Shown here piece after piece: positions 1-8,319 of a stretch of DNA of 41,781 nucleotides. Location: NCBI GenBank assembly GCA_964620565.1, contig CAZUJY010000001.1, positions 1 to 41,781 on the forward strand. The letters are read 5' to 3'. The notes below the pieces were generated by a model, which ran no database searches, was not told the origin of the DNA, and saw only the letters and a list, made by a program, of their open reading frames with translations. The DNA is from an uncultured Ruminococcus sp. GTDB lineage: Bacteria; Bacillota; Clostridia; Oscillospirales; CAG-272. A program made the translations under genes and the position numbers. The number at the start of each line of letters is the position of its first letter. Position 1 is the first letter of the stretch.

Positions 1-25
1 CGTAAGAACAAATCTTCTTTTCCAT
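1..25 (-). CDS. 5' end of a leftward gene that runs off the window (begins MEKKICSY...); product unknown
   Basis: ATG on the minus strand at 25..23. A GGAGGT Shine-Dalgarno (complement of 35..40) lies 9 nt upstream of it. Only 8 codons are visible. Confidence 0.35.
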
Positions 26-104
26 CTGAATTTTACCTCCTTTTGGTCTTTTGGCCGTCTTGCGACAGCAAGGGGTTGGGCACACTAGCCCAAACTACCT
101 GAGT

Positions 105-133
105 ATTATATCACAAGCGTTTTTGTTTGTCAA
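105..133 (-). promoter_or_regulatory. Consensus sigma-A type promoter driving the leftward gene
   Basis: On the minus strand: TTGACA (133..128), 17-nt spacer, TATAAT (110..105), with a TGn extended -10. It is followed by a leader of about 75 nt before the ATG at 25. Confidence 0.6.
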
Positions 134-164
134 TAGATATATAAAAATATTTTATAATTTTATG

Positions 165-193
165 TTGATTTTTTATTTATTATATTGTATAAT
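165..193 (+). promoter_or_regulatory. Sigma-A type promoter for ispE
   Basis: TTGATT (165..170), 17-nt spacer, TATAAT (188..193). It lies 30 nt upstream of the ispE ATG and its AAAGGAGG RBS. Confidence 0.5.
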
Positions 194-223
194 AATGTAG
201 AATGACGAAAAGGAGGCGCCGAA

Positions 224-1054
224 ATGACTGTATGTGAGAAGGCTTATGCAAAAATCAATCTTTTTCTTAACGTTACAGGGTGCAGGGAAGACGGTTTTCA
301 CAATATAGTAAGCCTGATGCAATCGGTAAGCCTCTGTGATGAAATCACTCTGACGGCAGCAAGATCGGATAAAACCGAGATCGAGATCTGCTCGAGCGAT
401 AAAACCCTTGAAGTCAACGAAAACAATCTAATATACAAGTCTGCCGCGAAATATTTATCATATTTTGGATTTTCAGCTAGCATAAAAATTTATCTGGAAA
501 AGCGCATTCCCATAGGCGCAGGTCTTGGCGGCGGATCATCCGATGCTGCGGCAACCCTTCGTGCTATGAACAGAATATTCGGCCTTGCAACCATTGAACA
601 GCTGTTAAGCATAGCCTCTGAGATAGGAAGTGACGTTCCGTTCTGCCTGGTTGGCGGTACTGCTATTTGCACCGGCAGAGGAGAAGTTGTTACTCCACGT
701 AATCTGAATTTAAATAAAGATATTGTAATTTCATTAGGCGATAGCCGTGTTTCAACACCAAAGGCTTATTCGTTGCTTGATGAAAAATATGGAGATTTTT
801 CAAAGCATAACGAGAAAAACGAATTGCCGAACCTTGATGCACCCAACCTTTACAATATTTTCGAGTCTGTTATTAAAAACGATGAGATTATCAAAATAAA
901 GGAAATCATGGCTGAAAACAATGCTTCCGATACTCTTATGAGCGGCAGTGGGCCATCGGTTTTCGGTATTTTTGAAAACGAGCCTTTGGCTGAAAAAGCA
1001 AAAGAGGCTCTGATACGGAAGGGCTTTAGCGCCTATCTGTGTAAAACAGTATAA
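224..1054 (+). CDS. ispE: 4-diphosphocytidyl-2-C-methyl-D-erythritol kinase (GHMP kinase family)
   Basis: N-terminus 'KAYAKINLFLNVTG.R.DGFH' and the GHMP motif 'PIGAGLGGGSSDAAATL' are typical IspE. Strong RBS. 276 aa. Confidence 0.93.
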   Translation: MTVCEKAYAKINLFLNVTGCREDGFHNIVSLMQSVSLCDEITLTAARSDKTEIEICSSDKTLEVNENNLIYKSAAKYLSYFGFSASIKIYLEKRIPIGAGLGGGSSDAAATLRAMNRIFGLATIEQLLSIASEIGSDVPFCLVGGTAICTGRGEVVTPRNLNLNKDIVISLGDSRVSTPKAYSLLDEKYGDFSKHNEKNELPNLDAPNLYNIFESVIKNDEIIKIKEIMAENNASDTLMSGSGPSVFGIFENEPLAEKAKEALIRKGFSAYLCKTV

Positions 1055-1064
1055 AGGAGATAGT

Positions 1065-1817
1065 ATGATCTACGACCTTCTTGCCCCCTTCTACGACGCA
1101 ATAAATGCTGAAATAGACTATAAAAAATGGGCTGATTTTATTGAAAAAATACTGAAAAAAGAATGTAAAAATCCTCCCGAGCTGGTGCTTGACCTTGGTT
1201 GCGGAACGGGTAAAATGACTCTCGAGCTTGCAAGACGAGGCTATGATATGACGGGAATTGACTATTCTCCCGAGATGCTTGATATTGCACGTTCGGCGGC
1301 AGAGGATGAGGGGTATGACGTTCTCTGGCTTTGCCAGGATATGCGTGAATTTGAGCTTTACGGTACTGTTGATGCGGCTGTCTGCTGCCTTGACTGTATC
1401 AATCATCTTGAGGAGGAAGGAGATCTTGAGAAATGCTTTTCTCTGATCCATAACTACCTTATCCCCGACGGAATATTTATTTTCGATATAAACGGAAGAT
1501 ACAAGTTTGAGAACATCTATGCCGATAACACCTACGCTATGGAGGAGGAGGGGGGCGTCTGCGTCTGGGAGAATTATTACGATCCCGACAGCAGATTATG
1601 CGACTTCTACATTACTCTTTTCAAGGAATGTGCCGACGGCAGATATGAAAGATACGACGACAGCCAAAGCGAGAGAATGTATACTCTTGCCGAGATTAAG
1701 TCAGCTCTTGAAAAATGTAATATGGAATACCTTTACGCCCTCGGAGACCTGGATTTTTCGCCGGGAAGTGATGAGTGCGAGAGAATATATATTGTTGCAA
1801 AATGCAGAAAAGGATAA
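1065..1817 (+). CDS. Class I SAM-dependent methyltransferase (substrate unknown)
   Basis: Motif I 'VLDLGCGTGKMTLELARRG' followed by 'GIDYSPEML'. AAAGGAG RBS. 250 aa. Confidence 0.8.
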   Translation: MIYDLLAPFYDAINAEIDYKKWADFIEKILKKECKNPPELVLDLGCGTGKMTLELARRGYDMTGIDYSPEMLDIARSAAEDEGYDVLWLCQDMREFELYGTVDAAVCCLDCINHLEEEGDLEKCFSLIHNYLIPDGIFIFDINGRYKFENIYADNTYAMEEEGGVCVWENYYDPDSRLCDFYITLFKECADGRYERYDDSQSERMYTLAEIKSALEKCNMEYLYALGDLDFSPGSDECERIYIVAKCRKG

Positions 1818-1820
1818 ACA

Positions 1821-2714
1821 ATGGAAAACAAGAACATCTCTAATTCAACCATACTTCGTGCAATGACCAGAGACGGTTCTGCCCGAGTTTTAGTTATTAA
1901 TTCAAGAAAAATCGTTAACGATATGATAGGCTTCCACAAGACCTCACCCACCGCATCCGCGGCGCTTGGCAGACTTGTTACGGCAACCTCGGTTATCGGC
2001 ACGATGCTTCCCGAGAACGGCGATACCGTTACAGTCAGCATTCAGGGCGACGGTGAGGCAGGCAGACTTCTTGCGGTAGGCGATTACTTCGGTAACGTTA
2101 AGGGATATATTCAAAATCCGATGGCTAATCCTCCCAAGAAGCCCAACGGTAAGCTTGACGTTGGCGGTGCAATCGGTAACGGTACAATTTCCTTTATAAA
2201 ATCCGTCGGCGCAATAGAGCCTCAGGTCGGCACAATCGAGCTTGTCAGCGGTGAGATCGCTGAGGATATTGCTACCTATTTTGCAAAAAGTGAGCAGATT
2301 CCCACCGTGCTTTCTCTCGGCGTTCTTGTTGACACCGATTATTCCTGCCTTGCCGCAGGAGGTGTTCTTATTCAGCTGATGCCTTTCCCCGATGAAGCAA
2401 CCGTTGATCTTATTGAGCGTAATGCGGCAGATCTTGTAAACATTTCCCGCTACTTTAACAGAGGACTTACCAACGAGCAGGTAATGGATATTGCAATGCG
2501 TGATATTCCTTACGACATATTCGATACGATTGAGGTTGGATACAAGTGTGATTGCTCGGCAAAGCGTATGAGAGAGAAGATCAAGAGCCTTGGAAAGGGC
2601 GAGATACTGAAGATGCTTGATGAGCAGGTGTCCGAGGGCAAGCCTCGTGAGCTTACTGCCATTTGCCGTTTCTGTAACAGCGAGTACACCTTTGCTGAAA
2701 AGGACCTTATTTAA
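1821..2714 (+). CDS. hslO: Redox-regulated chaperone Hsp33
   Basis: C-terminal zinc/redox switch 'CDCS...CRFCNSEY' and an overall Hsp33-like sequence. 297 aa. Confidence 0.92.
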   Translation: MENKNISNSTILRAMTRDGSARVLVINSRKIVNDMIGFHKTSPTASAALGRLVTATSVIGTMLPENGDTVTVSIQGDGEAGRLLAVGDYFGNVKGYIQNPMANPPKKPNGKLDVGGAIGNGTISFIKSVGAIEPQVGTIELVSGEIAEDIATYFAKSEQIPTVLSLGVLVDTDYSCLAAGGVLIQLMPFPDEATVDLIERNAADLVNISRYFNRGLTNEQVMDIAMRDIPYDIFDTIEVGYKCDCSAKRMREKIKSLGKGEILKMLDEQVSEGKPRELTAICRFCNSEYTFAEKDLI

Positions 2715-2727
2715 ATAACAAAAAGAA

Positions 2728-2768
2728 TTCTTGGTACGTATAATGAACCGAGGATTTTTTTATTTTTT
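2728..2768 (+). terminator. Probable intrinsic terminator after hslO
   Basis: Stem 2728..2735 pairs with 2747..2754 (two G-U pairs), followed by the T-rich tract 'tttttttatttttt'. Confidence 0.45.
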
Positions 2769-2780
2769 GGAGTGGTTTAT

Positions 2781-3311
2781 ATGAATTTTAAGGCAATGAA
2801 TATGTTTTTATCCGAGGACAATATAAAGAGGCATCTTGCGTATTTCAGAAATTACAAATTAAAGCTCTCGATAATGGAAAAAAGCATTCCAGAGCTACGG
2901 GGAAGGACTATGAGCGAAATAGCACGAATGCCCTTCGACAGAGAAACAAGGGAGGAGGCGCTAAAGCTTCATTTTGCAATAAAAGCTCACGAATGCTTTT
3001 TTAATTCCTTCACGGAAACTACCGCAAGGAGCGAGACTGTGTTTAAGACATATCCTTCAATGGAGAGATTCGCCTATGAGCTATATCTTGAGGCTATGGA
3101 AAACGGCTGTGGCTTTCTCTTTGTCTACCTTGATAGAGGGCAACCTAAAACATTGTTTATGAATAGATACGACAGAGCTTTTATGAGAATCGAGCCTCGG
3201 CTAGCCATAGATCTCTTTGAGCATACCTATTTTCTCGACTACGGATTTGAAAAGGAACGGTTTGTAAGAGCGGCAATAATGTATTTGAATATGGCAAGGC
3301 TTGATACTTGA
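2781..3311 (+). CDS. Compact Fe/Mn superoxide dismutase-like protein (divergent)
   Basis: 'AIDLFEHTYFLDYG' resembles the SOD C-terminal 'D.WEHAYYL' signature. 'KAHECFFNSF' and 'KRHLAYFRNY' resemble the other two His-ligand segments. Start moved to the ATG at 2781, 8 nt after GGAG at 2769..2772. Confidence 0.5.
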   Translation: MNFKAMNMFLSEDNIKRHLAYFRNYKLKLSIMEKSIPELRGRTMSEIARMPFDRETREEALKLHFAIKAHECFFNSFTETTARSETVFKTYPSMERFAYELYLEAMENGCGFLFVYLDRGQPKTLFMNRYDRAFMRIEPRLAIDLFEHTYFLDYGFEKERFVRAAIMYLNMARLDT

Positions 3312-3336
3312 CAAGAGAAGGTAAAAAGGGTATAAT
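3308..3336 (+). promoter_or_regulatory. Sigma-A type promoter for the phosphofructokinase gene
   Basis: TTGACA (3308..3313), 17-nt spacer, TATAAT (3331..3336). It overlaps the stop of the preceding ORF. Confidence 0.6.
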
Positions 3337-3368
3337 AAATTAAGAATAAAACTAAGGAAGGTAAAGTT

Positions 3369-4607
3369 ATGGCTATTTTGCACGGCAACGCCGTTGTGGG
3401 TCAGTCAGGCGGTCCTACAGCCGCAATTAACGCAACTCTTGCAGGCGTTATCAGAGGAGCGCTGAAGGCGAAAGAGGAGGGAGCTATCGACGTTCTTTAC
3501 GGAATGAAAAACGGAATTGAGGGCTTTATTAACGAGAATCTTGTAGATCTTACAAAGCTGTTCTCCTGCGAAGAGGATATTTCAACTCTTGAGCTTACTC
3601 CCGCGGCAGCGCTTGGCTCCTGCAGGAAGAAAATGAAGTCACCCGCTGACGATCCCGAAACCTATGAAAAGCTTCTTGCTATCTTTAAAAAATACAACAT
3701 AAGATACTTCTTCTACATAGGCGGCAACGACTCTATGGATACAGTTCTTAAGCTGTCAAAATTCGCAGACGAGCACGATTACGAGATGCGTGTAGTAGGC
3801 GTTCCCAAGACTGTCGACAATGACCTTATGGTTACTGATCATACACCGGGATTTGGTTCTGCCGCAAAATATGTGGCTGTTACTATGAAAGAAATGCTTC
3901 GTGACGTTTCCGTTTATACCACAAAGGCTGTAACGATAGTTGAGATAATGGGACGAGATGCAGGCTGGCTCACAGCTGCCAGCGGACTTGTAAAGCTTTC
4001 GGGCGGCATATCTCCCGACCTTATTTATCTTCCCGAGGTTCATTTTGATCCCGAGGCTTTCCTTAAGTCTATCGAAGAGATGCAGAAGGATCACCCCGCA
4101 GTTCTTGTGGCTGTTTCGGAGGGAATCAGATTTGCCGACGGCAGATACGTAGGCGAGGGACTTGGCGGTCGTAAGATAGATGCCTTCGGTCACGTTGCGC
4201 TATCGGGCGCGGGCAAGGTTCTCGAGGAGCTTGTCAAGGAAAGGCTTGGCTGTAAGGTTCGATCCATTGAGCTTAATCTTCCTCAGAGATGCGCCGCTCA
4301 TCTTGCCTCTCTTACCGATATTAACGAATCCGTCGGTGTTGGTCGCTCTGCCGTTGAAGCCGCGCTATCCGGTAAAACGGGAGTAATGATGACCATTAAC
4401 AGAGCAGAGGGAGATAATTACTCTGTCTACTTCGATAGCGCAGATATTTCGGGCATCGCGAACGGCGTCAAGGGGGTTCCCGCCGAATTCATCACTCCCA
4501 CTGGCAATGGCGTCACCGATGAGTGCGTAAAGTATCTTGCTCCCCTTATTTTGGGCGAGGTTCATCCCATTTACGAGAACGGCTTGCCGAAGCATGTCGT
4601 TATTTAA
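3369..4607 (+). CDS. pfp: 6-phosphofructokinase, long PFK-A family, probably pyrophosphate-dependent (diphosphate--fructose-6-phosphate 1-phosphotransferase)
   Basis: 'GQSGGPTAAINA', 'YIGGNDSMDT', 'PKTVDNDL' and 'MGRDAGWL'. Asp in GGxD and Lys in PKT.DND are the residues associated with PPi rather than ATP use. 412 aa. Confidence 0.88.
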   Translation: MAILHGNAVVGQSGGPTAAINATLAGVIRGALKAKEEGAIDVLYGMKNGIEGFINENLVDLTKLFSCEEDISTLELTPAAALGSCRKKMKSPADDPETYEKLLAIFKKYNIRYFFYIGGNDSMDTVLKLSKFADEHDYEMRVVGVPKTVDNDLMVTDHTPGFGSAAKYVAVTMKEMLRDVSVYTTKAVTIVEIMGRDAGWLTAASGLVKLSGGISPDLIYLPEVHFDPEAFLKSIEEMQKDHPAVLVAVSEGIRFADGRYVGEGLGGRKIDAFGHVALSGAGKVLEELVKERLGCKVRSIELNLPQRCAAHLASLTDINESVGVGRSAVEAALSGKTGVMMTINRAEGDNYSVYFDSADISGIANGVKGVPAEFITPTGNGVTDECVKYLAPLILGEVHPIYENGLPKHVVI

Positions 4608-4618
4608 AGCAATAATAA

Positions 4619-4663
4619 AAGTGCCGAATTTGGAGTTCAATCCATATCGGCACTTTTTCTTTT
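4619..4663. terminator. Bidirectional intrinsic terminator between pfp (+) and the convergent membrane-protein gene (-)
   Basis: Stem 'aagtgccga' (4619..4627) pairs with 'tcggcactt' (4647..4655), with inner tgga/tcca pairing. A T-run lies 3' on the plus strand and an A-run lies 5' (a T-run on the minus strand). Confidence 0.6.
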
Positions 4664-5672
4664 ACCAAGTTGTACTGTTATTTTTTCTTTCTTCCTCGGT
4701 TGGCTCGTCGTCCCTCGGAGGATTATTTTTGCCCTTGATTGCAACAACGATCAAATAGATCGCAACGCCTCCGATAATTACCGCCATAATAACGGTTATC
4801 AGGTCTCCGCTTGCAATGCTCTTGTCAAACACGTTGCTCATATCGTCAACGACGATAACGATAGGAATATCTGTTTCCTGGGTGAAATCCGTAAGAGCGC
4901 GATTGACTGTATCATCGTTGATTTCGAGCGATGAACGATTGGTCACGTGGGATACGTATCCTGCGGGTGAGCCGTACTCTCTGTCAAAGGAAGAGTCAAG
5001 TCTGAGGTTAACCACCTCGTTTGTCATTTCATCAACGACTGTGGCAAGGTTCTTGCTGACAGAGTACTCATAATAGGAGCTGATGTTTCCGAGCATATGC
5101 TCACCAAAGGGAGTATACTGATTACCGAACATGCTATCGATTTCGTAATTAATGTTATCACCGACCCACGCTATCGTATAATAGCCCTCGCGTTCCTCGT
5201 CAACGAGAAAGACGATCAGAATGTTGTCCTCATATTCGTTGGCATTTTTGAATTCAGCCGCATACTGCGCCTTTGCGTAGCTCTGCATTTGATTCTCGCT
5301 ATAACGGTAATCTCCGCCGTTTGCGATGTTTGAAATTGAAGAGCCGAAAGAGCCGAATACGCTGAATATCAGGGAAACAACTATCAGTATAAGAATAATG
5401 GGAACAAAGATCATACCCATCATTCCGCCGAGGCAGCCGCCTCCGTATCCGTAGCCAAAGAAGGGTCTGTGCCATCCAAAGAAGAAGGGTCTGTGACGAT
5501 GGTGGTGATGATGGTGGGGTCCGTGATGACCGCCAAAGCCTCCGGGTCTGTGACCTCCGCCGAAGCCGCCACGTGATCCTCCGCCAAATCCGCCGCCGCT
5601 GGAGCCTCCTCCACCACGGGAACCGCCACCAAATCCGCCGCTTCTGGAGCCTCCTCCACCTGGTCCTGCCAT
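4662..5672 (-). CDS. Two-TM membrane protein with a Gly/Arg/Phe-rich, His-tract N-terminus and a TPM-like central domain (function unknown)
   Basis: The ATG at 5672 lies 6 nt after GGAGGT. The TTG at 5720 used in the ORF track lies inside the predicted promoter spacer. The N-terminus reads 'GGGSRSGGFGGGSRGG...HHGPHHHHHHRHRP'. It has two hydrophobic helices. The segment between them ('DNILIVFLVDEEREGYYTIAWVGDNI', 'TDIPIVIVVDDMS') resembles TPM/TLP18.3-type domains. 336 aa. Confidence 0.6.
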   Translation of the reverse strand: MAGPGGGGSRSGGFGGGSRGGGGSSGGGFGGGSRGGFGGGHRPGGFGGHHGPHHHHHHRHRPFFFGWHRPFFGYGYGGGCLGGMMGMIFVPIILILIVVSLIFSVFGSFGSSISNIANGGDYRYSENQMQSYAKAQYAAEFKNANEYEDNILIVFLVDEEREGYYTIAWVGDNINYEIDSMFGNQYTPFGEHMLGNISSYYEYSVSKNLATVVDEMTNEVVNLRLDSSFDREYGSPAGYVSHVTNRSSLEINDDTVNRALTDFTQETDIPIVIVVDDMSNVFDKSIASGDLITVIMAVIIGGVAIYLIVVAIKGKNNPPRDDEPTEEERKNNSTTW

Positions 5673-5706
5673 AAATGTACCTCCGTAATAAAACTTCTTG
5701 TAATTA

Positions 5707-5735
5707 ATTTTACCACTCAAATGTTAACAATTCAA
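5707..5735 (-). promoter_or_regulatory. Sigma-A type promoter for the Gly/His-rich membrane protein gene
   Basis: On the minus strand: TTGAAT (5735..5730), 17-nt spacer, TAAAAT (5712..5707), with a TGg extended -10. Confidence 0.5.
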
Positions 5736-5773
5736 GTAATTTTTTGTTAATATATTAATATTTGCAAAAGGGG

Positions 5774-5802
5774 TTGATTTTTTTGTTTTTTTGTGCTATA
5801 AT
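5774..5802 (+). promoter_or_regulatory. Sigma-A type promoter for the SAM riboswitch-metK transcript
   Basis: TTGATT (5774..5779), 17-nt spacer, TGcTATAAT (TATAAT at 5797..5802). Confidence 0.6.
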
Positions 5803-5820
5803 GCTATCGAAATAAAATAA

Positions 5821-5946
5821 TGCTTATCAAGAGTGGTGGAGGGACTGGCCCTATGAAACCCGGCAACCTGTTTTTTCAAGGTGCTAAATCCCGATAGATG
5901 AGTTATGCTCTAAAGCTCGGGAGGTATGCCGCCTTCCGAGCTTTTG
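5821..5946 (+). promoter_or_regulatory. SAM-I (S-box) riboswitch with terminator expression platform
   Basis: 'cttatcaagagtggtggagggactggccctatgaaacccggcaacc...aaggtgctaaatcc' matches the conserved S-box core almost base for base. A terminator stem at 5914..5942 plus 'ttttgatttt' follows. It sits directly upstream of metK. Confidence 0.92.
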
Positions 5947-5965
5947 ATTTTGAAAGGACGAAAAA

Positions 5966-7144
5966 ATGAAAAGAATTCTCTTTACATCCGAGTCGGTGAC
6001 CGAAGGACATCCCGACAAAATATGCGATAAGATCTCTGATGCTATTCTCGATGAAATGATTGCGCAGGATCCTCAGTCCAGAGTAGCCTGCGAAACCTTT
6101 GCTACCACCGGTATTATTACCGTTATGGGCGAGATCACGACCAATGCACGTGTAGATATTCAGAAGATCGTACGTGAAACAGTTGCAGAGATCGGCTATG
6201 ATAGAGCAAAGTACGGCTTTGATGCCACTACCTGTGCGGTTCTCAGCTCCATCCACGAGCAGAGCGAGGATATCGCTCTCGGCGTTGATAAGTGCCTTGA
6301 GGCTAAGGAGGGCGAGTATGACGAGCTTGACACCGGAGCAGGCGACCAGGGCCTTATGTTCGGTTATGCTTGCGACGAGACTCCCGAGCTTATGCCTCTC
6401 CCCATCTCTCTTGCTCACAAGCTTGCTAAGCGTCTTACTGAAGTGAGAAAGAACGGAACGCTCTCTTATCTCCGTCCTGACGGAAAGACTCAGGTTACCG
6501 TTGAGTATATCGACGGTGTTCCCGGTAGAATAGACACAATCGTTGTTTCCTCTCAGCATTCTGCAGAGATCGATTCGGCTACTATCCGTAAGGACATTAT
6601 CGACAAGGTAATTCTTCCTATTATTCCCAAGGAGCTTCTCGACGGCAAGGTTAATATTTACGTTAATCCCACAGGCAGATTTGTTATCGGCGGTCCTCAG
6701 GGCGACACAGGACTTACAGGCAGAAAGATCATCGTTGACACCTACGGAGGATATTCCCGTCATGGTGGCGGCGCATTCTCCGGAAAGGATCCTACAAAGG
6801 TTGACCGCAGCGCTTCCTATGCGGCAAGATACGTTGCAAAGAATATCGTTAAGGCAGGCCTTGCTAAGAAGTGCGAGGTACAGATCGCTTACGCTATTGG
6901 TATTGCAAAGCCTGTATCGGTTATGATCGATACCTTCGGCACTGCAACCGTAGAGGAGGAGAAGATCGTTAATGCGGTTAACGAGCTTGTTGACCTTCGT
7001 CCTGCTGCTATCATCAAGAAGTTCGAGCTTCGCAAGCCTATCTACAAGCAGCTTGCGGCTTACGGTCACATGGGCCGTGAGGATCTTGGTGTAAAGTGGG
7101 AGGAGTGCGATATTGCAGATCGTCTCGTTGAGCTTTGCAAATAA
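5966..7144 (+). CDS. metK: S-adenosylmethionine synthetase
   Basis: '[24 protein letters not shown]', '[12 protein letters not shown]' and '[16 protein letters not shown]' are canonical MetK motifs. 392 aa. Confidence 0.97.
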   Translation: MKRILFTSESVTEGHPDKICDKISDAILDEMIAQDPQSRVACETFATTGIITVMGEITTNARVDIQKIVRETVAEIGYDRAKYGFDATTCAVLSSIHEQSEDIALGVDKCLEAKEGEYDELDTGAGDQGLMFGYACDETPELMPLPISLAHKLAKRLTEVRKNGTLSYLRPDGKTQVTVEYIDGVPGRIDTIVVSSQHSAEIDSATIRKDIIDKVILPIIPKELLDGKVNIYVNPTGRFVIGGPQGDTGLTGRKIIVDTYGGYSRHGGGAFSGKDPTKVDRSASYAARYVAKNIVKAGLAKKCEVQIAYAIGIAKPVSVMIDTFGTATVEEEKIVNAVNELVDLRPAAIIKKFELRKPIYKQLAAYGHMGREDLGVKWEECDIADRLVELCK

Positions 7145-7161
7145 TTAAATATCTGAACATA

Positions 7162-7210
7162 AAACAAGGCAGAACCTCTAAAACAGGCTTTGCCTTGTTT
7201 GTTTTGTTTT
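7162..7210. terminator. Bidirectional intrinsic terminator between metK (+) and ruvB (-)
   Basis: 'aaacaaggca' (7162..7171) pairs with 'tgccttgttt' (7191..7200), followed by 'gttttgtttt'. An A-rich tract lies on the other side. Confidence 0.65.
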
Positions 7211-7220
7211 TCGCGGAAAA

Positions 7221-8300
7221 TCAATTATCAAGATCAAAAACCTTCTGCCCCGAGAGCTGCGCGCCGCCGTTGCCGGCAACAAAAGGAATACCTAAATGAT
7301 CGTATGCAAGCTTGGTTACGCATCTGCCACGGGGGGTTCTTGCGAGGAAGCCGATCTGCATAAGATAGGGCTCATAAACGTCCTCAATAGTTACTGTTTC
7401 CTCACCGATCGTAGCCGCCAGGGTATCAAGACCTACAGGACCGCCTGCATAATATCTGATAATTGCTTCAAGCAGTCTGCGGTCGATATTGTCAAGACCA
7501 AGCTCGTCGATCTCAAGAGCCTCAAGGGCATATTTTGCAATATCGGAGGTAATGGTTCCGTTCCCCTTTACAAGAGCGAAATCTCTTACTCTCTTAAGCA
7601 GTCTGTTGGCTATTCTTGGGGTGCCTCTTGAACGTGATGCGATGCTGAAAGCACCGTCATCGGTTATGGAAATATCAAGAATAGCCGCAGAGCGCTTTAC
7701 AATAGTAGCAAGCTCCTCGGGAGTATAAAGCTCAAGCTTCAGCAAAACACCAAATCTGTCACGCAGAGGAGTGGTAAGCTGGCCGGCTCTTGTGGTTGCA
7801 CCGATGAGTGTGAATTTAGGGATCGGCATGTGGATAGTTCTTGCGCTGGGGCCTTTACCGATAATAATATCGATAGCATAGTCCTCCATAGCGGGGTAGA
7901 GAATTTCCTCTGCCACTCTGGAAAGACGGTGGATCTCGTCGATGAAGAGAACGTCGCCGGGAGCGAGATTGGTAAGAATGGCCGCAAGATCGCCCGCCTT
8001 CTCAATAGCAGGTCCGGAGGTGGTTCTGATATTAACTCCCATCTCGTTGGCAATAATGCCGGAAAGTGTGGTCTTACCAAGACCGGGAGGGCCGTAGAGA
8101 AGAACGTGATCAAGAGCCTCCGAGCGAAGCTTAGCGCTCTCTATATAGACCTTAAGATTGGACTTGGCCTTCTCCTGACCTACGTATTCGGTAAGCGTTT
8201 TGGGACGAAGACAATTCTCAACCTCTCCGTCAGCCATAGCATCATATTCATTTGACAGAATTCGATTTTCGTAGTCGAATTCGTTTACTTCTTCCATCAT
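7221..8300 (-). CDS. ruvB: Holliday junction branch migration DNA helicase RuvB
   Basis: '[14 protein letters not shown]', Walker A 'GPPGLGKTT', 'LFIDEIHRL' and 'FTLIGATTR'. 359 aa. Confidence 0.95.
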   Translation of the reverse strand: MMEEVNEFDYENRILSNEYDAMADGEVENCLRPKTLTEYVGQEKAKSNLKVYIESAKLRSEALDHVLLYGPPGLGKTTLSGIIANEMGVNIRTTSGPAIEKAGDLAAILTNLAPGDVLFIDEIHRLSRVAEEILYPAMEDYAIDIIIGKGPSARTIHMPIPKFTLIGATTRAGQLTTPLRDRFGVLLKLELYTPEELATIVKRSAAILDISITDDGAFSIASRSRGTPRIANRLLKRVRDFALVKGNGTITSDIAKYALEALEIDELGLDNIDRRLLEAIIRYYAGGPVGLDTLAATIGEETVTIEDVYEPYLMQIGFLARTPRGRCVTKLAYDHLGIPFVAGNGGAQLSGQKVFDLDN

Positions 8301-8319
8301 AAGAGTACGGTCCTTTCTC

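Noticed and set aside
5673-5720. Upstream TTG extension (MSGKINYKKFYYGGTF) of the Gly/His-rich protein
   Set aside because: The TTG lies inside the spacer of the predicted promoter (5707..5735) and has no SD. The ATG at 5672 has GGAGGT 6 nt upstream.
5903-7069. 388-aa ORF antisense to metK
   Set aside because: It lies entirely inside a gene with unmistakable MetK motifs. Its translation is low-complexity and rich in Leu, Ser and Arg, with no RBS. This is a typical shadow ORF caused by the sense-strand codon bias avoiding TTA, CTA and TCA.
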